DNA of 64,000 nt, from NCBI GenBank assembly GCA_964503045.1, contig CAZCZI010000011.1:62895-126894 (forward strand), written 5' to 3'. Under the pieces are notes generated by a model. That model was not told where the DNA came from. It saw only the letters and a program-made list of their open reading frames with translations, and ran no database searches. Position numbers and translations under genes: made by a program. Below, piece after piece: positions 33,628-41,707 of this stretch (position 1 is its first letter; every line of letters starts with the position of its first letter). Origin of the DNA: an uncultured Candidatus Obscuribacterales bacterium. GTDB lineage: Bacteria > Cyanobacteriota > Vampirovibrionia > Obscuribacterales > Obscuribacteraceae.

Positions 33628-35094
33628 TTACGAGCCCCCGGATGGGATCGCTGTTGCGACTTTTTGAAAGCGCATTTGAAACCGCGTCGTTTTCGACTCG
33701 AAAGTCACCGTGAGTTGTTGACCGTTGAGTGTGACTAGCTGACGTGCAAGTGCAAGTCCGTGACGGTGCTCCGGAGTCAAGGATGAGCCGCCTTGCTCTT
33801 GGTTTGTGGCGAATCTGTTAAATGGGTCGCTTTTGTCGACACCGCATTCGATTGGCGAGTGCGCTTCCACAGTGACTGTGCATGGGGAGGTTGCATCATC
33901 GAGTGATGAGCCCTCAATGGTGATCTCTCCTTCCGACGCGAAGAGGCAGAAACTGACAATGCGAGTCAGCGCCGTATCGATTTGGTCTGCGTCGCAAAAG
34001 ACCGTTGTTTCCCTTGTGTATGGAGTTACCTTGATCCGATCGGTAATCATCTGCTCCGAAACCTTTTCGGAAAATGAGCTCAGAAGACTGTTGAGGCTCG
34101 TGTTCTTTTTGTTGCTCTCAAATAGGTTCGCCTCGATTTTTTCAAGATCCAATACATCAGAGATCATTGTTACAAGCGAATCAACACCTCGGGCATGGCG
34201 GCGGAATCCGCGGCGCCCCTCAACAGAGATGTCACCGTACACGCCTTTTCCGAACATCTCCAACGACATGCCAAGCGAGGTAAGAGGGGAGCGCAAGTCG
34301 TGACTCACCATCGCAAGGAAATCCTGTTTGCGGCGGCGCGCCATTGCGAGTTCTTTTGAAAGAGAATCGAGTTTGACTTCGATGCGTTTGATTTCATCGT
34401 CACCGCGAAGCATTGGCTCAAGTGTTTTGTTGGCAGTCAATGCTTTGGCTCGACGTTGAAGCGAGCTGATTCTTCCTGCAACATGACGGCTAAAAAAGTG
34501 AAGCAGGACAATGCAAAGAATCAGATTTACGAGAAAGCCCGCTGCGACGATGTATGAGGCATTCGTAGACTTTCGTTCGATTTCGGTCACGGCCTTTTCC
34601 GACCTGCCGGTGAGAATTTGGAACATCGCCTGAAACGGTATTCGCGTCCTCGAGTAGTCTGCAAAGAGTTTTCGTTTGAGATCCAGCGGCAAGAATATCG
34701 TCTCGGGAGGATCGGCCGGAATCAGCACATTAACGGCGTGTTCCAGCTGAACATGGGCAGTCCGCATGTTGGTTCTAATGATGGACAACTCTGCATCGCC
34801 TTTGACTAGTTCCTCGACGGTCGCTAACTTGGCATCGGCAGAGCTTTGAAGACCTCTTATTTTGGTGACGGTATCCTTTCCGCCACCTGCAAAGCTCCAG
34901 TAAAGCAGCGTTTCCAGTTGGGAAAGGTAAAGGGCGCCCAGGCGCGCATAGGTTGTTAGTTGAACCACTCTGCGAGTGTGCGCCTCAGCTTCGGATTCTA
35001 TGTCTAGGCAGAGTGCACCCAGGACGATTGCAACGATAATTCCGGTGGCGGCAGGCAAAATTGTGATTGCCCAGGCGCGTTGTATAAGGGTCAT
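33628..35094 (-). CDS. Histidine-kinase paralog B1: phospho-acceptor His present, ATP-binding boxes degenerate
   Basis: TM-sensor-TM-HAMP-like (RGDDEIKRIEVKLDSL). H-box DFLAMVSHDLRSPLTSL, with a CAC His codon at 34300-34302. The C-terminal domain reads RIVSFCLFAS for the N box, VEAHSPIECG for G1 and EHRHGLALARQL for G2. Confidence 0.85.
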   Translation of the reverse strand: MTLIQRAWAITILPAATGIIVAIVLGALCLDIESEAEAHTRRVVQLTTYARLGALYLSQLETLLYWSFAGGGKDTVTKIRGLQSSADAKLATVEELVKGDAELSIIRTNMRTAHVQLEHAVNVLIPADPPETIFLPLDLKRKLFADYSRTRIPFQAMFQILTGRSEKAVTEIERKSTNASYIVAAGFLVNLILCIVLLHFFSRHVAGRISSLQRRAKALTANKTLEPMLRGDDEIKRIEVKLDSLSKELAMARRRKQDFLAMVSHDLRSPLTSLGMSLEMFGKGVYGDISVEGRRGFRRHARGVDSLVTMISDVLDLEKIEANLFESNKKNTSLNSLLSSFSEKVSEQMITDRIKVTPYTRETTVFCDADQIDTALTRIVSFCLFASEGEITIEGSSLDDATSPCTVTVEAHSPIECGVDKSDPFNRFATNQEQGGSSLTPEHRHGLALARQLVTLNGQQLTVTFESKTTRFQMRFQKVATAIPSGGS

Positions 35095-35120
35095 TTTTCT
35101 CTTCCAAACACAGTATCAGT

Positions 35121-36563
35121 TTATGGCAATTCCCTGCACTTTGGAATCGAGAATGAAAACTTCGAACCCATACCAACCGTGCTTTCAACCCATATCTCGC
35201 CGCCATGCGCATCGACGATGGTTTTGCAGATGAAGAGCCCCAACCCGGAGCCCTTTTGATTTTTGCTGTCTTTGAGTGGATCGACCTGCTCGAAGCGAGA
35301 GAAAACCCGATCCTTCAGTTCGTCCGGAATTCCTTGCCCCTGATCTTCAACTGAAATGACGGTATCATCGGCGGTTTGCAATATCGAAAGAGTGATCGTG
35401 CTTTCTGGCGATGAGAATTTGATTGCATTTGCCAAAAGATTGATGATTACTTGCACGAGCCTGTCAGGATCGGCTTGAATCGCCTGCTCATTTTCTATGG
35501 TTTCAACTACGATTGTCGGTTGCTCACCCCCGGTTTTCATGCTGTCGATCGCGTAGTTGAGTACATCGCTTGGTTTCACATTTTTCACCGAAAGAGTCAT
35601 AGTGCCTCTTTCAATCTGATCGAAATCAATCAGTTCATTAAGAAGTGCAATCAGGCGCTTCAAAGAGCGCGAGGCTGCCGTCAGTGCTGCTTGTCCCTTG
35701 GTGTTTGGAGCACCATATGATTGTCTCTCGACACTGGCCAAAAAAGCGTCCACGTCCAAAAGCGGTTTTCTCAAAGATGAGCTTACTATGTCCAGGTATT
35801 CCTGGCGTTCCAAACGAGCTGATAGAACACCATCCACGATATCGTGAAACGATCTGTCGAAGGCCGCTACTTCATCATCGCCTTTGAGTGGTGGCATCAA
35901 TTCGCGATTTTCGGAGAGGTTCCGGAAGTTGACTTCCATACGCTGAATCTGACTAACGACACTGCGCCTGATTACATACCACATGAGAACAGCGGTTAGA
36001 AGATTGACGATCATGCTGACGATCATTGCATTTTGAATAAGCACCGGTGCATCATCCAGTTGCACTAAACCTGTAGGCGGCTCCATCGCGCGCGCACCCA
36101 GCCAGTCCAGATGCCGAGAGAGAGTCGTCCTTGCTGATTGAACGTCGTCGATCACGCGTTTGGTATCTAGTCTTTTTGCATCTTCGAAGCTTTCTGCCAG
36201 CCGCAGGTTGAGCCCTGTAAGCAAATCGGCGATTTTGTCTGTTCGAGATGATATGTCCGTGTATGGAAGCCCGCAGGAGCGCAGTGCCGACAATTCCGTA
36301 TTCAGCTGTTCCACCTGCGCGGCCAGCGAGCCGAACGCAACTCTCATGTCGGTGTGCATGCAGTCGATGAGGCTGTCTGCGAGGTCGTGCGTCAGATCTG
36401 CCACCTTCAAAACTTGCATGGCGGCGTCAACTGCGACGGTTTGATATCTCAAGGATTCTGTCGCCGAATTGTACATGTTGACGAAGTAGAAGATGGTGAT
36501 CAGTTGCAAAACCAATGGTATGGCGACTAGAATCAGTCCCTTCGTGAATAATCCAACCCGCAC
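35121..36563 (-). CDS. Histidine-kinase paralog A2: intact CA domain, phospho-acceptor His replaced by Ser
   Basis: H-box YLDIVSSSLRKPL, with a TCA Ser codon at 35778-35780. N box IINLLANAIKFS, G1 EDQGQGIP, F box VFSRFEQ, G2 GSGLGLFICK. The GTG start at 36563 directly abuts the stop of B2. Confidence 0.85.
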   Translation of the reverse strand: MRVGLFTKGLILVAIPLVLQLITIFYFVNMYNSATESLRYQTVAVDAAMQVLKVADLTHDLADSLIDCMHTDMRVAFGSLAAQVEQLNTELSALRSCGLPYTDISSRTDKIADLLTGLNLRLAESFEDAKRLDTKRVIDDVQSARTTLSRHLDWLGARAMEPPTGLVQLDDAPVLIQNAMIVSMIVNLLTAVLMWYVIRRSVVSQIQRMEVNFRNLSENRELMPPLKGDDEVAAFDRSFHDIVDGVLSARLERQEYLDIVSSSLRKPLLDVDAFLASVERQSYGAPNTKGQAALTAASRSLKRLIALLNELIDFDQIERGTMTLSVKNVKPSDVLNYAIDSMKTGGEQPTIVVETIENEQAIQADPDRLVQVIINLLANAIKFSSPESTITLSILQTADDTVISVEDQGQGIPDELKDRVFSRFEQVDPLKDSKNQKGSGLGLFICKTIVDAHGGEIWVESTVGMGSKFSFSIPKCRELP

Positions 36564-37997
36564 CTAATTGTTCTCCGCGATTTTGGGTAGGATTATTTGA
36601 AAGCGAATTGACTTGGGTGTTGACGAAAATTTGACTTCGCCCGAGTGCAATCCGATGAGCTGTTTGGCCAATGCCAGACCATGACGATGTTCTGCAATCA
36701 GAGGTTCGGCTTGATCAGTGCTTGCAAATCTGTTGAATGGATCTTTCTTGTTGATTCCTCTTTCAATCGGTCCGAATGCTTCGACGTTAATAGTGACTTC
36801 GAGTGGTTCCTCAGTGTGTGCTGTAACCAAAACCTCTTGAGTGCTCGCATACAAGCAAAGAGCAATGATACGATTCAATGCTGCTTCAAACTGATCTGGA
36901 TCACAACATATCGTGCACTGCCCACACGGGTTGACTGAGAGGCGGTCGGTCAAGAACTGTTCCGAAACCGACTCCTGAAGCTGCTTCAGGATTTGATTCA
37001 ATTCTGTATTGGACTTGGCGCTTTGAAGGAGATTCGCTTCAATCTTTTCGAGATCGAGCAAATCGGAAATGATCGTGACGAGACGATCCATGTTTTTTGC
37101 GTGCATGCGAAACAGCCTTCTTCCCTCTACCGAGAATTCGCCGTAGACGCCTTTGCCGAATAGATCGAGCGACATCTGAAGCGATGTAAGCGGCGATCTG
37201 AGATCGTGGCTGACTAATGCGAGAAACTCCTGTTTGCGTTTTCTTGCTGATTCCAATTCGCTAGATAAGGCAATAAGCTTCACTTCAAGCTGTGCTATTT
37301 CGTCTCCTCCGACCAGCTGAGGTTGCACCGAACGATTGCAAGAGAGTGCCAAAGCGCTTTTTTGAAGCGAATTCATTCGGCTTGCGATGTGTCTAGCAAA
37401 GAGATAAAGAAGCACTGTGCACATAAGCAAGTTGAAAGTGAAACCGGTTGCGACAATATATGCGCTAGCCAGCGCCTTGTTTTGCGTGTTTTTGAGTGTG
37501 ATAGCCGACCGAGCAAGCAGAATGTCTGCGACTTGTTTGAATAACTGCCGGGTCCGCGCATAGTAGCCATAGAGGCGTTTTCTCTCGACACCAGTCAACG
37601 CTAGTTTGTCTCCACCACGCGCAATAAAGGTGTTTTGGGTATCTATATAGGCTTCATGTGCCTTCTGGCTTTCAACAATGAGTGGTGCAACTTCTTTGTC
37701 GTCACGATAAAGCTTGGCGAATGTCTGTAGCTTTTCGGCGGACTGCTTTTGCAGAGAGCGCAAGGTTTGTTCTGATTCACTGCCATGCGCTCCAAAGGTC
37801 CAATAAAATATCGTTTCAAGCTGAGCAAGGTAGATGTTACCGAGCTGTCCGTCTGTTCCAAACCCCCTAACGATTGCCGCATGTTTTTTTATCACCGAGA
37901 CAATATCAAGACAAAGTGCTCCTAATGTCGAGGAGATGATTATCCCGGCAATTGCCGGCAGTAAAGTTATGGCCAAAGCCCGTTGCGTCAGAGTCAT
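36564..37997 (-). CDS. Histidine-kinase paralog B2: phospho-acceptor His present, ATP-binding boxes degenerate
   Basis: H-box EFLALVSHDLRSPLTSL, with a CAC His codon at 37206-37208. The CA region reads RIIALCLYAS / VEAFGPIERG / EHRHGLALAKQL. I chose the ATG at 37997 (MTLTQRALAITLLP) by homology with the B1 N-terminus. The longest ORF extends to 38048. Confidence 0.8.
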   Translation of the reverse strand: MTLTQRALAITLLPAIAGIIISSTLGALCLDIVSVIKKHAAIVRGFGTDGQLGNIYLAQLETIFYWTFGAHGSESEQTLRSLQKQSAEKLQTFAKLYRDDKEVAPLIVESQKAHEAYIDTQNTFIARGGDKLALTGVERKRLYGYYARTRQLFKQVADILLARSAITLKNTQNKALASAYIVATGFTFNLLMCTVLLYLFARHIASRMNSLQKSALALSCNRSVQPQLVGGDEIAQLEVKLIALSSELESARKRKQEFLALVSHDLRSPLTSLQMSLDLFGKGVYGEFSVEGRRLFRMHAKNMDRLVTIISDLLDLEKIEANLLQSAKSNTELNQILKQLQESVSEQFLTDRLSVNPCGQCTICCDPDQFEAALNRIIALCLYASTQEVLVTAHTEEPLEVTINVEAFGPIERGINKKDPFNRFASTDQAEPLIAEHRHGLALAKQLIGLHSGEVKFSSTPKSIRFQIILPKIAENN

Positions 37998-38088
37998 CAG
38001 TTGCTTGGTGCGACCACAAAACAGAAATTCCCGTTGCAGAGGCAACAATAACGGCGTCTCGGGATCTCAGAAGAATAGCCGGTTATGA

Positions 38089-39207
38089 CTATCTTTGATC
38101 GATTGCCGCGTACTTGAGGTTAGAAGCGCCAGTGTATTCAGCACGCGGGCGAATCAGTCTATTGTTGGAATACTGTTCGAGCACGTGTGCCGCCCAGCCG
38201 GACATGCGGCTGATGGCGAAGATTGGGGTGAACAAATCTACTGGAATGCCCAACATGTAATAGACCGATGCCGAGTAGAAGTCGACGTTGGCATACAGTC
38301 CTTTGTCTTTGTGCACAAGCTCTTCAATTTCGCGCGACATCGTAAACCACTTCAGCTCATTGGCGCGCTTACCGAGTTCTTCAGACATCCTTCTGAGGTG
38401 GAATGCTCTTGGATCTTCAGTCTTGTACACACGGTGACCGAAGCCCATCACCTTCTTGTGCTCTTCGAACATCTTTTCGATGTATCCGCGCACTTTTTCT
38501 GGAGAGCCGATGTCCAAAAGCATTTTGATCACTTCTTGGTTGGCTCCACCGTGCAGTGGTCCCTTGAGGGTTCCAATTGCGGCGGTGATCGCGGAGTGAA
38601 TATCGGTTTCGGTTGCCGCTGCAACGCGAGCAGCAAACGTCGAGGCGTTGAGTTCGTGGTCGGCATGCAGAATCAATGCGACGTCGAGAGACTTGGTCTC
38701 TACTTCATCGGGAAGTTTGCCACTCTTGAGCAAATAAAGGAAGTTAGCTGCGATGCTGATGTCTTCCTTGGGTGCCACGGGTTCTTTGCCGTTGCGGATG
38801 TTGTCCCAGTAGGCAACGATTGTCGGAAGCTGTGCCGTCAATCGAGTCGCTTTGCGAACGTTGGCTTGACGACCGTTGTCTTGAGCATCGGGGTCGTACA
38901 TCGAAAGAAGCGACACGGTCGTTCTTAAAACTTCCATAGGGGACGCTTTCTTTGGATACGCCTTCATTGCCTTAACGACGTCATCAGGCAACTTGCGATT
39001 TACCTTGAGGTCTTTGGTGATTGTTTCGAGTTCGGTCTTTGTCGGCAGTCTGCCGTACCACAGCAAATAGACGACTTCCTCGAAGGTGGAATGCTCCGCC
39101 AGGTCGTGAATGTCATAACCTTGATAAATCAGTCTTCCTTCTTTGCCATTAACATCGCAAATCGAAGAAGATGCGGCTACTATGTCCTCAAGTCCTGCCT
39201 TGACCAT
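38089..39207 (-). CDS. gltA: Citrate synthase (short ~370-aa type)
   Basis: GLEDIVAASSSICDVNG..GRLIYQGYDIHDLA, the catalytic-His context in LILHADHELNAST, GFGHRVYKTEDPRA, and NVDFYSA. Confidence 0.92.
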   Translation of the reverse strand: MVKAGLEDIVAASSSICDVNGKEGRLIYQGYDIHDLAEHSTFEEVVYLLWYGRLPTKTELETITKDLKVNRKLPDDVVKAMKAYPKKASPMEVLRTTVSLLSMYDPDAQDNGRQANVRKATRLTAQLPTIVAYWDNIRNGKEPVAPKEDISIAANFLYLLKSGKLPDEVETKSLDVALILHADHELNASTFAARVAAATETDIHSAITAAIGTLKGPLHGGANQEVIKMLLDIGSPEKVRGYIEKMFEEHKKVMGFGHRVYKTEDPRAFHLRRMSEELGKRANELKWFTMSREIEELVHKDKGLYANVDFYSASVYYMLGIPVDLFTPIFAISRMSGWAAHVLEQYSNNRLIRPRAEYTGASNLKYAAIDQR

Positions 39208-39341
39208 GAACAGCTCCCGAATATTCAGTATGATTACTGGAATTTATACACTAAATGACAACTTGCATATTGCAAACATAGCCTAATCTTCCCAATCCCC
39301 TCGATCTCTTGATAGTTCCCTGACATCTGTGGCGTAAAAAA

Positions 39342-41663
39342 TTGTCTTCCAATTCAGCCCATAGAGCCCAACTTACATCAATAGCTCGTGTGTTGAGGCG
39401 ACTAGAAGAAGCAGCTGGGAGCAGTGTTTCTGCCTCGGCAAAAAATCCTCCTGCAATCAGATTCGCATTATCGGGGGGATTTTCGGTGTTGAGCCTGGCA
39501 GTGTTGGGACTTTGCCCACAACATTATGAAGGTTCGATAATCGAACGACTGATTCGCAAAGCGAAGACAGCCATTGGTGTTGAGACTCCGCTTTGCATTG
39601 ACCAAACAAAATTTTCAAGCGCTTGCCGAAACGAGCTTGTGGACGACTTTGCTGTGCTTGCTGCTTCCAATGACGCGCTTGAGGAAGCTCTAATCGATGC
39701 GGCCAAAGAGTTGTCTTCAAACGTGTTGCAGGATCCGCTGCTTTGCGGATGGGCATACCAAGCCCAAATCGGCGCCAAAGTCAGCACCAAGGAGAGACCG
39801 AAAGAATCGTCGCAGACGCGTGAAAGTGATATCGCCTTCTTGACCCAGTGGTTTACACCGGATTGGATCAGCACTTTTCTGGTTGATCAAACGCTTACAT
39901 CAAAGACTTCGAATGCCAATTCACCAGTGGCGAGCTTTTGGGATCCCGCATGCGGAGCTGGTCATATTCTGATTCGCGCTCTTGAGAAAATGGCGGTCGC
40001 CGATGGCGAGAATCTGCATCAATGCCTCGACAACTTGTTTGGTTGCGACATCGATTCTGTCGCACTTCAACTTGCTTCGACCGCTGTTTACTTGAAGTGC
40101 CGAAGCATCGAATTATCTGCGCCCCGCGATTCGCTTAGTGAACTTCCGCTACCTAAGCTCTTTTACGTGTCTTCATCGCCGTCGTATCCGACCGAATGTG
40201 GAAGTTTGCTTCTGGGAATTGGGCAGGATTTCGATCGATCTAAACTCAAGCTCAAACAACTCAACGGCACCGAGCATGTCGCACAAGAAGTGCTTCCCGA
40301 GCACTTTTCGTGCATTGCGACAAACCCGCCCTATTTGAGTCACCGATTGCTTCCATTTTCAATCAGTGAACTGTTGCGAAAACACTACAAGCATTCCCGT
40401 TACGATCTTTACGCTGCATTTATCGATCTGTGTTTGCGAAAGCTGCGCGATGATGGACGTTTTGGCATGATCTGTCAGCAGAGTTTTTTGACTATTCAAA
40501 GGTATAAGAAGCTGCGCGAAATTCTGATGAGCCAGTGCGGAATCGATTCGTTGGTGATGCTCGGTTCTGGATCTTTTGCTATGAGAGCCGGTGAAAAGGT
40601 GAATAACGCCATTATCGTCGCGCAGAAAATGGAGGCTGATCGACAAGATGAAATCACGGTCAAGTATTGGCGGTTATTGGGGAACCTCGAAAAGCTGGAA
40701 GCGGAGCAAAAGGGAATTGGAGCGGTGGAGTTCGATTCCATCAGCGATTCTGACTTACGCACTTTGAGCTCTTCGATTGACGGTGCGCCGATTGTTCCCT
40801 GGTGTCCCGCGCCAATCGCTAAGTTGTTTACTACTCTGCCTGCGCTAGAAAACAAAGATGGCGACATTCGTCTCGTGAATGGCCTTTTCACTTGCAACAA
40901 TAGCTACTTTGTCTCGCATCATCGTGATGTTGTCGAGGGCGAGCGCCACTTGTATGTGCCTTACGACAAAGGCGGCGGGCACAAGTGGTACAAACGCACA
41001 CCGTACATGCTTCGCTGGGAAGGCGATGGTAAGCGGATTCGTGAGTATCGTTCGTCGCGCGGGCAGTCTTCCAAGTTGCCGGGTGAAGAGTTCTACTTTA
41101 AGACCGGCATCACATACTCCTATATTGGAACGCGCGACTTCAGGGCGCGCCTTTTGAGCCCTGGATCTATTTTCGATATTGCAAGCTCGGCTGTCTTCAG
41201 CGAGTCTGTCGACATCTATTATTTGCTGGGGTTTCTCAATTCCACGCTGGCACGATACATGCTCTTTGTGCTCAATCCTACGATCAATTTTCAAATTGGC
41301 GATCTCAGGCGCTTGCCTTTTGCCAAGCCGGATAAGTCCACCGAAGTTGCCGTCTCGAAACTGGCCACGGAAGCCGTCGAGTTGGCGATGCAACTGGAGC
41401 GGTACGACTCGGATTCTCCGGATTTCGTCGAATTCGTCAATGGTGCAAAAGCTGAAGCCAAAGCGAGATTCGATGCCATAAACAAACGAGAGTGGGCAAT
41501 TCAGGACGAGATAGACCAACTCATTTATGCGCTCTACAAAATCGATAGCACCACGCGTAGAGTCATTGCCAAAGATCCTATGATCAAGCGCTCGGCGAAA
41601 ACCGCTCTGGCAAGATTTGCAAACGAAACAGAACAGCCACCCCGAGAGGTGGCTGTTCAGTAG
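39342..41663 (+). CDS. Orphan gamma-class N6-adenine DNA methyltransferase, PglX/type-IIG-like, no nuclease domain
   Basis: TQWFTPDWISTFLV (the fYTP-like motif of the family), motif I DPACGAGHIL, motif IV IATNPPYL, and the PglX/MmeI-like YVPYDKGGGHKWYKRTPYMLRWEGDG. TTG start. Confidence 0.8.
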   Translation: MSSNSAHRAQLTSIARVLRRLEEAAGSSVSASAKNPPAIRFALSGGFSVLSLAVLGLCPQHYEGSIIERLIRKAKTAIGVETPLCIDQTKFSSACRNELVDDFAVLAASNDALEEALIDAAKELSSNVLQDPLLCGWAYQAQIGAKVSTKERPKESSQTRESDIAFLTQWFTPDWISTFLVDQTLTSKTSNANSPVASFWDPACGAGHILIRALEKMAVADGENLHQCLDNLFGCDIDSVALQLASTAVYLKCRSIELSAPRDSLSELPLPKLFYVSSSPSYPTECGSLLLGIGQDFDRSKLKLKQLNGTEHVAQEVLPEHFSCIATNPPYLSHRLLPFSISELLRKHYKHSRYDLYAAFIDLCLRKLRDDGRFGMICQQSFLTIQRYKKLREILMSQCGIDSLVMLGSGSFAMRAGEKVNNAIIVAQKMEADRQDEITVKYWRLLGNLEKLEAEQKGIGAVEFDSISDSDLRTLSSSIDGAPIVPWCPAPIAKLFTTLPALENKDGDIRLVNGLFTCNNSYFVSHHRDVVEGERHLYVPYDKGGGHKWYKRTPYMLRWEGDGKRIREYRSSRGQSSKLPGEEFYFKTGITYSYIGTRDFRARLLSPGSIFDIASSAVFSESVDIYYLLGFLNSTLARYMLFVLNPTINFQIGDLRRLPFAKPDKSTEVAVSKLATEAVELAMQLERYDSDSPDFVEFVNGAKAEAKARFDAINKREWAIQDEIDQLIYALYKIDSTTRRVIAKDPMIKRSAKTALARFANETEQPPREVAVQ

Positions 41664-41707
41664 CTTTGAAGCAATAATTGAACTTCGAAGTTCCGTTGAT
41701 ATGTGGA

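Noticed and set aside
38095-38928. 277-aa plus-strand ORF.
   Set aside because: It is entirely antisense to the unmistakable citrate synthase gene. It is a shadow ORF with no motifs.
39342-41663. Complete BREX or type IIG restriction-modification system.
   Set aside because: Only the methyltransferase is present. No PglZ, BrxC, BrxL or nuclease domain is present, so I report it only as an orphan methyltransferase.
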